The position numbers and the translations under genes are program-made. The notes below the pieces were generated by a model. It searched no databases. It was not told the origin of the DNA and saw only the letters and a list, made by a program, of their open reading frames with translations. Of a DNA stretch of 64,000 nt, positions 18,030-27,754 are shown in pieces (position 1 is the stretch's first letter; every line of letters starts with the position of its first letter). The stretch is taken from positions 4,983-68,982 of the forward strand of contig JAGBDV010000013.1 of assembly GCA_017937305.1 (NCBI GenBank). The letters are read 5' to 3'. The stretch comes from Bacilli bacterium. GTDB lineage: Bacteria > Bacillota_I > Bacilli_A > ML615J-28 > CAG-313.

Positions 18030-18054
18030 CTTAGTAGAAATACTAAGTTTTTTT
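18030..18054 (+). terminator. rho-independent terminator after udk
   Basis: cttagta-gaaa-tactaag hairpin followed by 7 T. Confidence 0.6.
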
Positions 18055-18076
18055 AATATTTATTTTAATTATTTGT

Positions 18077-18105
18077 TTGACTTAAACTAATTAAAGAGGT
18101 ATAAT
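18077..18105 (+). promoter_or_regulatory. putative sigma-A promoter TTGACT-17-TATAAT for degV operon
   Basis: Near-consensus hexamers at 18077..18082 and 18100..18105. The track ATG at 18104 lies inside the -10, which supports the downstream start at 18140. Confidence 0.6.
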
Positions 18106-18139
18106 GTTAAGGCTTAAAAATGTAGAAAGGAGTAAAAAT

Positions 18140-19009
18140 ATGTTAGTATTTTTTACAGACACAGACTGTGATATCACACCTGAAATAGCTAAAGAATATG
18201 GTTTTCAATTAATAAGTATGCCATATTTAATTAACGAAGTTGAAACTAAACCTTATGAAGACTTTGATGAATTTGATGCTAAGACATTTTATAATTCACT
18301 TAGAAACGGAGTATTACCTAAAACATGTGCAATATCTCCTGGAAAGTACATCGAATATTTTGAACCTCATTTTGCAAAGGGAAATGATATTTTATATGTT
18401 CATTTTTCAAAAGCAATGTCAGGAACTTTTAGTTCCATGAATATTGCACTAGAAGAATTAAAAGAAAAATATCCTGATCGCAAATTCTATTCTATTGATA
18501 CAAAAGCAATTACTGCTTTAAGTTATTTAATTATTAAAGAAATTGGTAAGTTATATAAAGAAGGAAAATCAATTGAAGAACTATTAGCTTGGGCAAATGA
18601 AAACGTAGATAAATATGCTATATATTTCTATGCTGATGATTTAAAATTTTTTAAACTTAGTGGAAGAGTAAGTAACTTCTCTGCCACTATGGGAAATATT
18701 TTGGGTATTCACCCCATTATTCATATTAGTCAAGAAGGTATTATGACTAATGTTGCAAAATCAAAAGGAAGACTTTCGACTATTACTAAAATACTTGCAA
18801 TGGTTGATGAAATTCAAGAAGACATTACCGAATATCCTATAGTAATTGCCCATACAGACGCTCCTGAACTTGCTGAAAAGCTAGCTGAAATGGTTAAGCA
18901 AAAGTATGGAGAAAATTTAAAAATTGATTTTGTAATGGTTAATCCTACCGCAGGAGCTCACTGTGGCCCTAATTGCGTCGGTATTGCTTTCCATGCAAAG
19001 CATAGATAA
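18140..19009 (+). CDS. DegV family fatty-acid-binding protein
   Basis: MLVFFTDTDCDITPE...; DegV-typical layout. SD AAAGGAG lies 7 nt upstream of the ATG at 18140. Confidence 0.9.
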   Translation: MLVFFTDTDCDITPEIAKEYGFQLISMPYLINEVETKPYEDFDEFDAKTFYNSLRNGVLPKTCAISPGKYIEYFEPHFAKGNDILYVHFSKAMSGTFSSMNIALEELKEKYPDRKFYSIDTKAITALSYLIIKEIGKLYKEGKSIEELLAWANENVDKYAIYFYADDLKFFKLSGRVSNFSATMGNILGIHPIIHISQEGIMTNVAKSKGRLSTITKILAMVDEIQEDITEYPIVIAHTDAPELAEKLAEMVKQKYGENLKIDFVMVNPTAGAHCGPNCVGIAFHAKHR

Positions 19010-19011
19010 CC

Positions 19012-20130
19012 ATGATTACTGTAAAACAAGTAAAAACAAGAAAAGAACAAAGAGAATTTGTTAAATTTCCATTAAAACTCTATAAAAATAATGAATACTT
19101 TGTTCCTTGTTTATACATGGATGAGCTTGCAATGTTTCATAAAAACTTTGTATATAACGATCAAACAGAATCTATTTTCTTCAATGCTTATATTGATGGA
19201 AAAATGGTTGGACGCATTCAAGGAATATTACAACATGCAAGTAATCAAAAGTGGAATCAAAAAAGAGTAAGATTTACTAGATTTGATTCCATTGATAATC
19301 AAGATGTAGCAAATGCATTATTTCAAGCGATTGAAGATTGGGCAATTTCAAAAGGAATGGATGAAGTTGTAGGACCACTTGGATATTCAGACTTAGAAAG
19401 AGAAGGTTTATTAATAGAAGGTTTCGATCAACTATCTACATTTGAAGAACAATATAACTATCCATATTATCAGAAGTTAATTGAAAATAATGGTTATGTT
19501 AAAGAAGTAGATTGGTTAGAAAGAAAAATTTATGCCCCAAAAGAAATAGATCCTAAATTTGAAAGATTATGTTCTCTTATAATGAGAAGATACAAACTAC
19601 ACTTTAGTGAAGCCAAATCAACAAATGAATTTATAAAAAAATATGCAGATCAATTTTTTGAAATTGTTGATTCATCTTATTCTGAACTATATCAAACGGT
19701 TCCTTTTACAGAAAAAACAAAAAAAATGATGATTAATAATTTTAAATTAATTGTTGATATAAAATATGTTTCTCTTATCCTAGATGAGAATGATAAAGTT
19801 GTTTGTTTTGCATTATGTTTTCCATCAATTGCAAAACCTATTCAAAAATGTAAAGGGCATTTAAATATTTTTACAATTCCAAGCGTGTTAAAAGCGCTTA
19901 AAAACCCTGAAGTCATTGATTTTGCATTAATAGGAGTTGTACCTGAATATCGAATGAAAGGGGTAGCATCTATTCTTCTTTACGAAGCAATGAAACTATT
20001 AAGTAGCGGAACCATTAAATACGCAGAAACTAACCTTAATCTAGAAGATAATCATGCAATTCAAAATCAGTGGAAATCTTTTGAAAGTGAAATACATAAA
20101 CGAAGACGATCATTTGTAAAAAAAATTTAA
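19012..20130 (+). CDS. putative GNAT-fold N-acyltransferase family protein
   Basis: 372 aa. The C-terminal segment LIGVVPEYRMKGVASILLYEAMK resembles an acyl-CoA N-acyltransferase motif A. Starts 2 nt after the degV stop. Confidence 0.5.
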   Translation: MITVKQVKTRKEQREFVKFPLKLYKNNEYFVPCLYMDELAMFHKNFVYNDQTESIFFNAYIDGKMVGRIQGILQHASNQKWNQKRVRFTRFDSIDNQDVANALFQAIEDWAISKGMDEVVGPLGYSDLEREGLLIEGFDQLSTFEEQYNYPYYQKLIENNGYVKEVDWLERKIYAPKEIDPKFERLCSLIMRRYKLHFSEAKSTNEFIKKYADQFFEIVDSSYSELYQTVPFTEKTKKMMINNFKLIVDIKYVSLILDENDKVVCFALCFPSIAKPIQKCKGHLNIFTIPSVLKALKNPEVIDFALIGVVPEYRMKGVASILLYEAMKLLSSGTIKYAETNLNLEDNHAIQNQWKSFESEIHKRRRSFVKKI

Positions 20131-20146
20131 TAGTCTAAAATTAAAA

Positions 20147-20178
20147 ACATCTCATAAGATATTATGAGGTGTTTTTTT
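20147..20178 (+). terminator. hairpin plus T-run after GNAT gene; 3' arm contains the SD of the next gene
   Basis: acatctcataa-gata-ttatgaggtgt (11 bp, one G-U) followed by ttttttt, then the ATG at 20179. Confidence 0.5.
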
Positions 20179-20877
20179 ATGCAAATTATAATTGATCCAG
20201 GCCATGGCGGATTCGATCCGGGTGGCGGAAGTAATAACTTTTTTAAGGAAAAAGATTTAAATTTACTAATAAGTAAGTATCAAAATGCAAGATTTAAAGA
20301 ACTAGGTATAAATTCTAACTTAGTAAGAGATAAAGATGAAACACTTACCCCTAAAGCAAGAATAAATAGAATAAACAGTTTCTCCCCAACTTCTTCTGAT
20401 ATCTTAATTTCTAATCATATAAATAATGGTGGAGATATTGGTGGTGAAATTATATACTCTGTTCGGGGAAGTAAAGATTTACCTAATCTAATAGCAAATA
20501 ATCTAAAAACAAACGGACTTAAAATTAGGAATGTTTACCAAAGAAAAAATAGACTAGGTAAAGACTTTTATTTTATTCAAAGAGATACTACCCCATCGAA
20601 CTCAATTATTATAGAGTATGGCTTTGCAGATAATGAAATAGATACAAATAGATTGCGTTTCGAATGGCCAAACTTAGCAGAAAGTGTCGTTAAAAGCATT
20701 GCATCATACTTAAATGTACCATACACTAAATCAGATACTATTACATATGTTGTTAAACCAAATGATTCACTCTATTCTATTGCGAATAAGTTTAATACTA
20801 CAATTGAAAAAATTAAAGAAAATAATAATTTAAATTCTAATGAAATTTATCCAGAAGATATTTTATATATTAATTAG
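20179..20877 (+). CDS. N-acetylmuramoyl-L-alanine amidase (Amidase_3) with C-terminal LysM
   Basis: MQIIIDPGHGGFDPGG...NHINNGG... and the LysM segment YVVKPNDSLYSIANKFNTTIEKIKENNNL. SD GAGGTG lies 7 nt upstream of the ATG at 20179. Confidence 0.85.
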   Translation: MQIIIDPGHGGFDPGGGSNNFFKEKDLNLLISKYQNARFKELGINSNLVRDKDETLTPKARINRINSFSPTSSDILISNHINNGGDIGGEIIYSVRGSKDLPNLIANNLKTNGLKIRNVYQRKNRLGKDFYFIQRDTTPSNSIIIEYGFADNEIDTNRLRFEWPNLAESVVKSIASYLNVPYTKSDTITYVVKPNDSLYSIANKFNTTIEKIKENNNLNSNEIYPEDILYIN

Positions 20878-21718
20878 ACTATTTTTTTTATTAATTCTTC
20901 TATATTTCATCTCAAATAAAGAGTATTTTTATTCTTCTTTTAAAAATACAATCATTTTATGGTTTAATTATTGTCTACCACCAATTAGTATTTCCTATAT
21001 AATTTCAGTATTTTTGTCTGATTTTCCATTTATATCTAAACTCTTATATCCATTATTAAAACCAGTCTTTAATTTTGAAAATGAAAAATCTTGTAGCATT
21101 TATTTAATTTCAATCTTAGTAGGCAATCCTACATCTTCTAAACTAATTATTCAAGCAGTTGATAATAAGCAAATATCAGTTGATGAAGGAAATAGATTAT
21201 TATGCTTTAGTTCTTTTATATCAACCATATTTTTATATTCCATACTAAATTTTAATCTTTTTATAATAATATTTATAATTGAATTATTAATTTCGATAAT
21301 TATTTCAAATGTAAAAACAAAAAATACAAAACAATATATTATAATTGAAAATAAAAATAATACAATACTTGATACTTATTTTAATATTATTAACAATCTT
21401 CCTTCTTTATTATTATCCATTTTATTCTCAATGATTATTACTAATCTATTTAGCAGTTTAATTACTAATACTTATTTAAAGTCATTATTTGAATTAACTA
21501 TTGGTATTAAAATATTAACTTATAATATAAATATCATAAATTTAATTTTTATATTTATACTAATATTTAGTCATGGCCTTGCTATAACATTACAAATATA
21601 CTGGATAATAAAAAAATCAAACTTATCATTTAATAACTTTATAAAATATAGACTATTATCTATATTTTTAAGTTTAATAAGTTTGATAATTATTTATTTA
21701 TTTGTATTTTTCTTGTAA
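20840..21718 (+). CDS. ylbJ: YlbJ-like sporulation integral membrane protein (nucleoside-recognition/Gate domain)
   Basis: The segment ILWFNYCLPPISISYIISVFL...LLKPVF...LVGNPTSSKL...EGNRLLCFSS parallels B. subtilis YlbJ. Convergent with coaD as in Bacillus. The start is uncertain (38-nt overlap with the amidase, no SD), and at 292 aa it is shorter than YlbJ. Confidence 0.55.
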   Translation: MKFIQKIFYILIRLFFLLILLYFISNKEYFYSSFKNTIILWFNYCLPPISISYIISVFLSDFPFISKLLYPLLKPVFNFENEKSCSIYLISILVGNPTSSKLIIQAVDNKQISVDEGNRLLCFSSFISTIFLYSILNFNLFIIIFIIELLISIIISNVKTKNTKQYIIIENKNNTILDTYFNIINNLPSLLLSILFSMIITNLFSSLITNTYLKSLFELTIGIKILTYNINIINLIFIFILIFSHGLAITLQIYWIIKKSNLSFNNFIKYRLLSIFLSLISLIIIYLFVFFL

Positions 21719-22180
21719 TGCTTTATTGACAACATCTGGCACAAATAATGAGACATCACGTTTAAATTTAGCAATTTCTTTAACACTACTACTTGATAAG
21801 AATGAATACTCATGAGAACTCATTATGAAAACAGTTTCTATAGAATCATCTAACTTTTTATTAATTGTAGCAAGTTGTAATTCGTAGTCAAAGTCAGATA
21901 CCATTCTTAAACCTCTAATCATTGCAGTAGCATTAACATTTTTAGCAAATTCTACAGTTAATTTATCTGTTGCAACAACTTCAATATCAGGATAATCAAC
22001 TAATACTTTCTTTATTAAATCTACTCGCTCTTCAGTAGTAAATAATGCACTTTTACCAATATTAACAGGGACAACAATGTAAAGCTTATCAAATAATTGA
22101 TGAGCTCTTTTTATTATATCTAAATGGCCATTTGTAATAGGATCAAACGTACCAGGATAAACACCAATTTTCATATTCAT
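21698..22180 (-). CDS. coaD: phosphopantetheine adenylyltransferase
   Basis: GVYPGTFDPITNGHLDII motif, 160 aa. Confidence 0.95.
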   Translation of the reverse strand: MNMKIGVYPGTFDPITNGHLDIIKRAHQLFDKLYIVVPVNIGKSALFTTEERVDLIKKVLVDYPDIEVVATDKLTVEFAKNVNATAMIRGLRMVSDFDYELQLATINKKLDDSIETVFIMSSHEYSFLSSSSVKEIAKFKRDVSLFVPDVVNKALQEKYK

Positions 22181-22725
22181 TACTCCTTTTCTAATATAAG
22201 TACTTCACTACTAGAATATCTACGACATAATTTAACACGATATCCATCATAATGCTCTTCAACAACATCTTCCATTGGATATTCTGCCATAATATATCCA
22301 CCCTCTGCTATCATATCATTATTTATTAAATAAGATATTAATTCATCAATTACTTTTAATTTAAATGGTGGATCTATAAAAACTAAATCAAATTTCACAT
22401 GTTTAAGTTTATCTAATACATTTTTATACTCTGAATGATAAACTACTAGTTCACTTCCAACTTTTAACTTTGCAGCATTACCTTTAATAATATTAATTGC
22501 ATCAATATTATTATCAATAATATAAGCTTTTTCAGCACCTCTACTTAAAGATTCTAAACTTAAAGCTCCACTACCACCAAAAATATCTAGTACAATAAAA
22601 CCAGGAATATAACCTCCAAGACTTGAAAAGATTGCTTCTTTTGTTGCATCAAGTGTAGGTCTAGTTTTAAGTCCTTCTAATGTATTTAATTTACTACCAC
22701 GATATTTTCCTGCAATAATTCGCAT
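22180..22725 (-). CDS. rsmD: 16S rRNA (guanine966-N2)-methyltransferase
   Basis: MRIIAGKYRGSKL...LDIFGGSGALSLESLSRGA...VFIDPPF, upstream of coaD. Confidence 0.9.
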   Translation of the reverse strand: MRIIAGKYRGSKLNTLEGLKTRPTLDATKEAIFSSLGGYIPGFIVLDIFGGSGALSLESLSRGAEKAYIIDNNIDAINIIKGNAAKLKVGSELVVYHSEYKNVLDKLKHVKFDLVFIDPPFKLKVIDELISYLINNDMIAEGGYIMAEYPMEDVVEEHYDGYRVKLCRRYSSSEVLILEKE

Positions 22726-22825
22726 AAAAATTCTCCTTACATTTATGTATATAAATTAATATAATTGTTAATACTATTTATGCAGAATAAAATTTCTGCT
22801 TCTCCTCTACTCTATATCATATTTT

Positions 22826-22866
22826 GAAAAAGGCAATATAACCAATAAAATGGCTATATTGCTTTT
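22826..22866 (-). terminator. rho-independent terminator after the 103-aa ORF
   Basis: 12-bp stem with one mismatch (gcaatataacca / tggctatattgc), followed by a T-run on the minus strand (ctttttc) and also on the plus strand. Confidence 0.5.
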
Positions 22867-22867
22867 T

Positions 22868-23179
22868 TTAGTCTAATACCTTTTCAATATAGTAAAAATC
22901 ATCGGCACTATCATATTTAATTGTATACTTAACACCAACAACCTCAAAATCAGGATAGTTTTCAGCTTTTTCATAAGCTGTATTATGATTTAAAATAATC
23001 ATATTATCAGTATTATCCGGACCACCTAATGATATAGGCTTAATATAAGAAACTACCCAGCCAACTTGATTTTCAACTAAGTAATCTTCTCTTTTTACTT
23101 TTCTTCCTGTAAAATCATGAGCATAATCTACATCTCCAAATTCATGAAGCCATACTTTTAATGCATCTTCTTTTTTCAT
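22868..23179 (-). CDS. small hypothetical protein with degenerate HNH-like motif
   Basis: 103 aa. GWVVSYIKPISLGGPDNTDNMIILNHNT resembles the HNH pattern W.vDHI.P.S.GG....N...L....N, with DH replaced by SY. Has its own SD and terminator. Confidence 0.4.
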   Translation of the reverse strand: MKKEDALKVWLHEFGDVDYAHDFTGRKVKREDYLVENQVGWVVSYIKPISLGGPDNTDNMIILNHNTAYEKAENYPDFEVVGVKYTIKYDSADDFYYIEKVLD

Positions 23180-23238
23180 AATTTTAACCCTTTCTTTTTT
23201 TTAAGTATATCAAATATACAATAAAAAGTCAACAATTT

Positions 23239-24525
23239 TTATTTGAACAATTTAAGTAAGTCATCCAATGTTTCTCTTCGTGCTACTACCTTTGGATTAT
23301 CACTTAAAAATACCACCGCAGGTTTTAACATATTATTATAATTTGAAGCCATTGAATAATTATATGCACCTGTTGCATAAACCATTAAAATATCATTTGG
23401 TTCAGGTTTTTGAATCAATGCATTATAAATAATGATATCACCAGATTCACAACATTTCCCCGCAATATCACATATTGTATCTTTTTCATTATTCATTTTA
23501 TTTGCAATGTCACATGAATACTCAGCACTATATAAAGCTGGTCTAATATTATCAGTCATACCACCATCAATGAATTGATAATTTTTATCTCCATATGTGT
23601 GTTTAAAATCACCACAAGTATATAAAGTTACACAAGAGTTTCCAACAATACTACGACCTGGTTCAATATAAACATCACTTGGAACAAATCCTATTTCTTT
23701 ACCTAATGAATTTATTAATTCAACCATTTTAGAAGCTGTAAGTTCTTTATTTAATGGTTTATCATTTTGGACATAAGGAATTCCAAATCCTCCACCGAAA
23801 TTAACAGAAGTTAATTGATAGTTATATTTATCAATTATTTGTTTAGAAAAAGACAACATCTTACTAACATTTAATAAGAAAGGTTCTAATTCTTGAATTT
23901 GCGATCCAATATGAGAATGGAAACCTAATAGCTTAACATATTTACTGTTAACATATTCTCTCATAATTTTGTCTATTGTTACTTCATCAAACATACTTTC
24001 ACCAAATTTACTAACATATGTAGCAGTTTGAATATATTTATGAGTATGCGCATCAATGCCTGGATTAACTCTAAACATTGTCGATATGTTTTTATGATTT
24101 GTTTCGCAAATATTATTTAGTAAAACTAATTCTTCTAAATGATCAACTACAATGACACAATTATGTTCTACAGCAAATTCTAATTCAGCTTTTGATTTAT
24201 TATTTCCGTGAAAAATAATATGATCCATTGGAAAACCACTTTTATATGCTACATATAAGTCACCAAGACTTACTGCATCCATCCATAAGCCATGTTTTAC
24301 TAACAGTTCACACATAGCAGGAACTAAAAAAGCTTTAGATGCATAAACTGTATGACAATTAAAATTACTTGACTTAAAATTATCTACAAATAATTTCATA
24401 TTATCTTCTAGTTCATATTGGTCAAATACATATAATGGAGTCTTATATTCTTTTGCAACATCAATTAAATTAATATCTCTAATGTATGCAGTATTATTTT
24501 TAATATTTAAATATTTAGGTTTCAT
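23239..24525 (-). CDS. lysA: diaminopimelate decarboxylase
   Basis: 428 aa, fold-III PLP decarboxylase (YASKAF...HSHIGSQ...GGGFGIPY...EPGRSIVG...CESGD). Confidence 0.9.
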   Translation of the reverse strand: MKPKYLNIKNNTAYIRDINLIDVAKEYKTPLYVFDQYELEDNMKLFVDNFKSSNFNCHTVYASKAFLVPAMCELLVKHGLWMDAVSLGDLYVAYKSGFPMDHIIFHGNNKSKAELEFAVEHNCVIVVDHLEELVLLNNICETNHKNISTMFRVNPGIDAHTHKYIQTATYVSKFGESMFDEVTIDKIMREYVNSKYVKLLGFHSHIGSQIQELEPFLLNVSKMLSFSKQIIDKYNYQLTSVNFGGGFGIPYVQNDKPLNKELTASKMVELINSLGKEIGFVPSDVYIEPGRSIVGNSCVTLYTCGDFKHTYGDKNYQFIDGGMTDNIRPALYSAEYSCDIANKMNNEKDTICDIAGKCCESGDIIIYNALIQKPEPNDILMVYATGAYNYSMASNYNNMLKPAVVFLSDNPKVVARRETLDDLLKLFK

Positions 24526-24531
24526 AATAAA

Positions 24532-25059
24532 TTATCTCTTTATATACTTATAAATTATTTCAATATCTTTTTTATATTTATTTAAATTTTCTTTACTTTC
24601 GATATTACGTATCAAAAGTAATATTGAAAGTAGACATTCTTCAATAATATCGCACCCTTTAATATCATTAGAACTATCATATTTAGCAGTGATTTTATCA
24701 AAGAAAGCAGCAACCTTAATAAATAAAGGTTCAACTTTTAAATTATCTTCGGCAATCAATTTAATTTTAGAAAGCAATTTATCATCTAACTCTTTAACTT
24801 TTTTTATTTTTAGTTTCTTAAACGGATCAGCATATTCTCCTATTCCACTTAATACATTTAAAAATCCAAGAGAAAGCTCATTTGAGTTTATTAAAGATAA
24901 AACAATTAACGATTGAACATATGAATCAGTTTGTTTTAACATCTTTTTTAATGAAAATGCCATTTCATTATAAGATGCTAAAGTTTTATACATAATTTTA
25001 GATGAATTAATTATCTTTTGATATTTAAGTTCAAATATTTCTAGGTATTTTTCTTCCAT
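24532..25059 (-). CDS. hypothetical protein
   Basis: 175 aa, predicted helical, packed between dut (8-nt gap) and lysA (6-nt gap). No family recognised. Confidence 0.5.
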   Translation of the reverse strand: MEEKYLEIFELKYQKIINSSKIMYKTLASYNEMAFSLKKMLKQTDSYVQSLIVLSLINSNELSLGFLNVLSGIGEYADPFKKLKIKKVKELDDKLLSKIKLIAEDNLKVEPLFIKVAAFFDKITAKYDSSNDIKGCDIIEECLLSILLLIRNIESKENLNKYKKDIEIIYKYIKR

Positions 25060-25067
25060 ATTATCAC

Positions 25068-25580
25068 CTATTTACTAGTACTTCCAAAGCCACCATTTCT
25101 TACTTCTGTTACTTCATCGTCAACAGTAATTCCATATTCTAGGAAAATTCCTTGAATAAACGCACTACCTTTTTTAAGAAGTACTTCTTTTTCTTGTTTA
25201 GCATCACAAGTAATCTTACAAAAAATATGACCTTCATTATCAGAATAATAATAATCGCTATCTATGATACCAACAGTATTATCAAGTTGTAAACGGAACT
25301 TAAATCCAAGTCCACTTCTAGGGTATAATTTTAATACCCAGCCATCATTAATTTGTACTCTAATACCTGTTGGAATCAATACAGTTTCACCTTGTTTTAA
25401 CATTACAGCATCAGGCATATGAAAATCATATCCTGCTGATCCTGTTGTTGCTCGCTTTGGTAAAATAATATCATCATAAATTTTACGAATAATTTCAATG
25501 TTTGTAGGACCTTTAAACATTAAATAAGCAGCAGCAAAGTTATCAAATGAAACCTTTTCAAATTTCGCAACTTTTTGCAT
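25068..25580 (-). CDS. dut: dUTP diphosphatase (trimeric dUTPase family)
   Basis: Motifs GSAGYDF, GIIDSDYY and C-terminal RNGGFGST. Confidence 0.8.
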   Translation of the reverse strand: MQKVAKFEKVSFDNFAAAYLMFKGPTNIEIIRKIYDDIILPKRATTGSAGYDFHMPDAVMLKQGETVLIPTGIRVQINDGWVLKLYPRSGLGFKFRLQLDNTVGIIDSDYYYSDNEGHIFCKITCDAKQEKEVLLKKGSAFIQGIFLEYGITVDDEVTEVRNGGFGSTSK

Positions 25581-25589
25581 AAGTCACCT

Positions 25590-27011
25590 CTATTTTAATT
25601 CAATAATTCTTAAAGTATTTGTAATACCATGTTTTGCATCAAAACCAGCAGTAATAATAATTTTATCACCAGACTTAAAGCCTAATCCTTCAGCAACAGA
25701 TTTTGCAATATCATCACACATATTTACATTATCTACATATTTTGCAATAACTGAATTTATACCACGATAAAATGCTAATTTTCTACAAGTCGCTAAACTA
25801 TTCGTACATGCAATCACTGGAACTTTAGGTCTAAATTTAAATATACGTTTAGCTGTACCACCAGTTTCAGTAAATGCAAAAATAGCTTTTACACCAGGCA
25901 TTGTTAAAGCAATTTCAGAAGCAGCCATTGAAATGGCATCATTAATTGATTCATTTGAGTTATCTCTTGCATTTGAAAATACTTTCTTATGATCAATCAT
26001 TTCTTCTGCAATTCCAGCAATTTTAACCATATATTCAACACTTTGAACTGGATATTTTCCAATTGCTGATTCTCCACTAAGCATAATAACATCACAACCA
26101 TCTAAAATAGCATTTGCAACGTCACTTGCTTCTGCACGTGTAGGACGTGGATTTTCAATCATTGATTCAAGCATGTGTGTTGCAGTAATTACAACTTTAC
26201 CGTACTTATTAGCAAGTTTAATCATTTTCTTTTGATACATAGGAACAAGTTCAGGAGCTACTTCAACACCTAAGTCACCACGTGCAACCATTATACCATC
26301 AGAAACCTTTAAAATCTCTTCTAAATTATCAACACCTTGTTGACTTTCAATCTTAGAAATGATTTCAATGTTTGGTGTGTTAAATTCAGCTAATAATTTT
26401 CTAACTTGTAATACATCTTCTGCAGTTCTAACAAATGATAATGCAAAAGCATCTACTCCATTTTCACAACCAAACTTTATATCTGCATAATCTTTTTCAG
26501 ATATAAAAGGCATTGATAAATTAATTCCAGGTGCATTAATTCCTTTATGGTTTTTAACAACACCACCATTCAAAAATTTTACTGTTATAGTATCAGACTC
26601 TACTTTAATTACTTCTAAAGTAATCTTTCCATCATCAATTAGTAATTTATTTCCAACATTTACATCATCAAATAATTCTTTACATGTAATATGGAATCTA
26701 TCTTTATTACCTAACACTTCTTCTTTAACTAATTTAACAGTATCGCCTTCGTAATATGTGCATGAATCGTTTTCAAAACACCCAGTTCTAATTTCCGGCC
26801 CCTTAGTATCAAGCATAACTGCAATATGTTTATTTGCTTTTAAAGAAGCATTTTTAATTCTTTCCATTTGTTTAATTGCTACAGCTGGTGTTCCATGAGA
26901 AAAATTAAGTCTTGCAACATTCATCCCTGCTTTAAACATTTTAACTAACATTTCTTCATTATCAATAGCAGGTCCTATTGTACAAATAATCTTTGTATTT
27001 CTATTCATCAT
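25590..27011 (-). CDS. pyk: pyruvate kinase
   Basis: MMNRNTKIICTIGP...MVARGDLGVE... Start set to the ATG at 27011 (SD GAGGTG 6 nt upstream). The track GTG at 27020 lies within the SD. Confidence 0.95.
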   Translation of the reverse strand: MMNRNTKIICTIGPAIDNEEMLVKMFKAGMNVARLNFSHGTPAVAIKQMERIKNASLKANKHIAVMLDTKGPEIRTGCFENDSCTYYEGDTVKLVKEEVLGNKDRFHITCKELFDDVNVGNKLLIDDGKITLEVIKVESDTITVKFLNGGVVKNHKGINAPGINLSMPFISEKDYADIKFGCENGVDAFALSFVRTAEDVLQVRKLLAEFNTPNIEIISKIESQQGVDNLEEILKVSDGIMVARGDLGVEVAPELVPMYQKKMIKLANKYGKVVITATHMLESMIENPRPTRAEASDVANAILDGCDVIMLSGESAIGKYPVQSVEYMVKIAGIAEEMIDHKKVFSNARDNSNESINDAISMAASEIALTMPGVKAIFAFTETGGTAKRIFKFRPKVPVIACTNSLATCRKLAFYRGINSVIAKYVDNVNMCDDIAKSVAEGLGFKSGDKIIITAGFDAKHGITNTLRIIELK

Positions 27012-27035
27012 AATATTCACCTCTTATTCTGATAT

Positions 27036-27064
27036 ATTTTATCATATTTTATCATTTTATTCAA
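27036..27064 (-). promoter_or_regulatory. putative sigma-A promoter TTGAAT-17-TGaTAAAAT for pyk
   Basis: On the minus strand, TTGAAT at 27064..27059 and TAAAAT at 27041..27036, with TG one base upstream of the -10. Confidence 0.5.
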
Positions 27065-27087
27065 GTAAATAAAAACTTATAATATTA

Positions 27088-27114
27088 GCAAAAAAGAGTT
27101 AATTATTAACTCTT
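27088..27114 (-). terminator. probable terminator overlapping stop of membrane-protein gene
   Basis: aagagtt-aattatt-aactctt hairpin, followed on the minus strand by tttttg. Confidence 0.4.
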
Positions 27115-27677
27115 GTAATAACTAACTCTTTTTTTAAATGCTTAATCTTTAAAATTCCAAAAATTAATGAAATAATAGAACATACAAAACAAAAACATGA
27201 TGTAATAATTATTAATAAATTATTATCTATTATTGGAAAAATAAATCCTAATACTGAAAAAATCATCAAACAAATATCTACTAATAATCCATATAATGGA
27301 TAATTTTTTGAATTTTTTCTATTTTCATAAAACCCTCCAATAATAGAAAAAAAGGCATGAATAAATACTACTAACATCATTACATAGAATAATTCGTTAA
27401 ATACTATAAAGTTTAACTTGAAATTTAATATAAGCATTACTGCAATAACAATATCTAAAACCATTTCTATTATTGCAAGAATTTGATTTACATCTGTTTT
27501 TTTAATAGCTTTATAAAGTAATACAAAAAAAACGTAACTTAATATTAATGCTGCTAATAAATATTGTAACACAATTATACCTATATTAGTAATTCTAGGA
27601 AGAATTAAAATTCCCATTATTAAAGTCAAAACACAAAAAATAAAACTCATTATACTTATAAACTTATTATATTTCAT
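27099..27677 (-). CDS. polytopic membrane protein, unknown function
   Basis: About 6 TM helices. Start set to the ATG at 27677 (MKYNKF...), with SD AAGGAA 7 nt upstream. The track start is a TTG at 27713. Confidence 0.5.
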   Translation of the reverse strand: MKYNKFISIMSFIFCVLTLIMGILILPRITNIGIIVLQYLLAALILSYVFFVLLYKAIKKTDVNQILAIIEMVLDIVIAVMLILNFKLNFIVFNELFYVMMLVVFIHAFFSIIGGFYENRKNSKNYPLYGLLVDICLMIFSVLGFIFPIIDNNLLIIITSCFCFVCSIISLIFGILKIKHLKKELVITRVNN

Positions 27678-27754
27678 TATATATTTCCTTTCTTTTTTAC
27701 TATTATTAACCAAAAAGAAAAAAAGATTCAGTAAATTTTACTGAATCAAATTTT

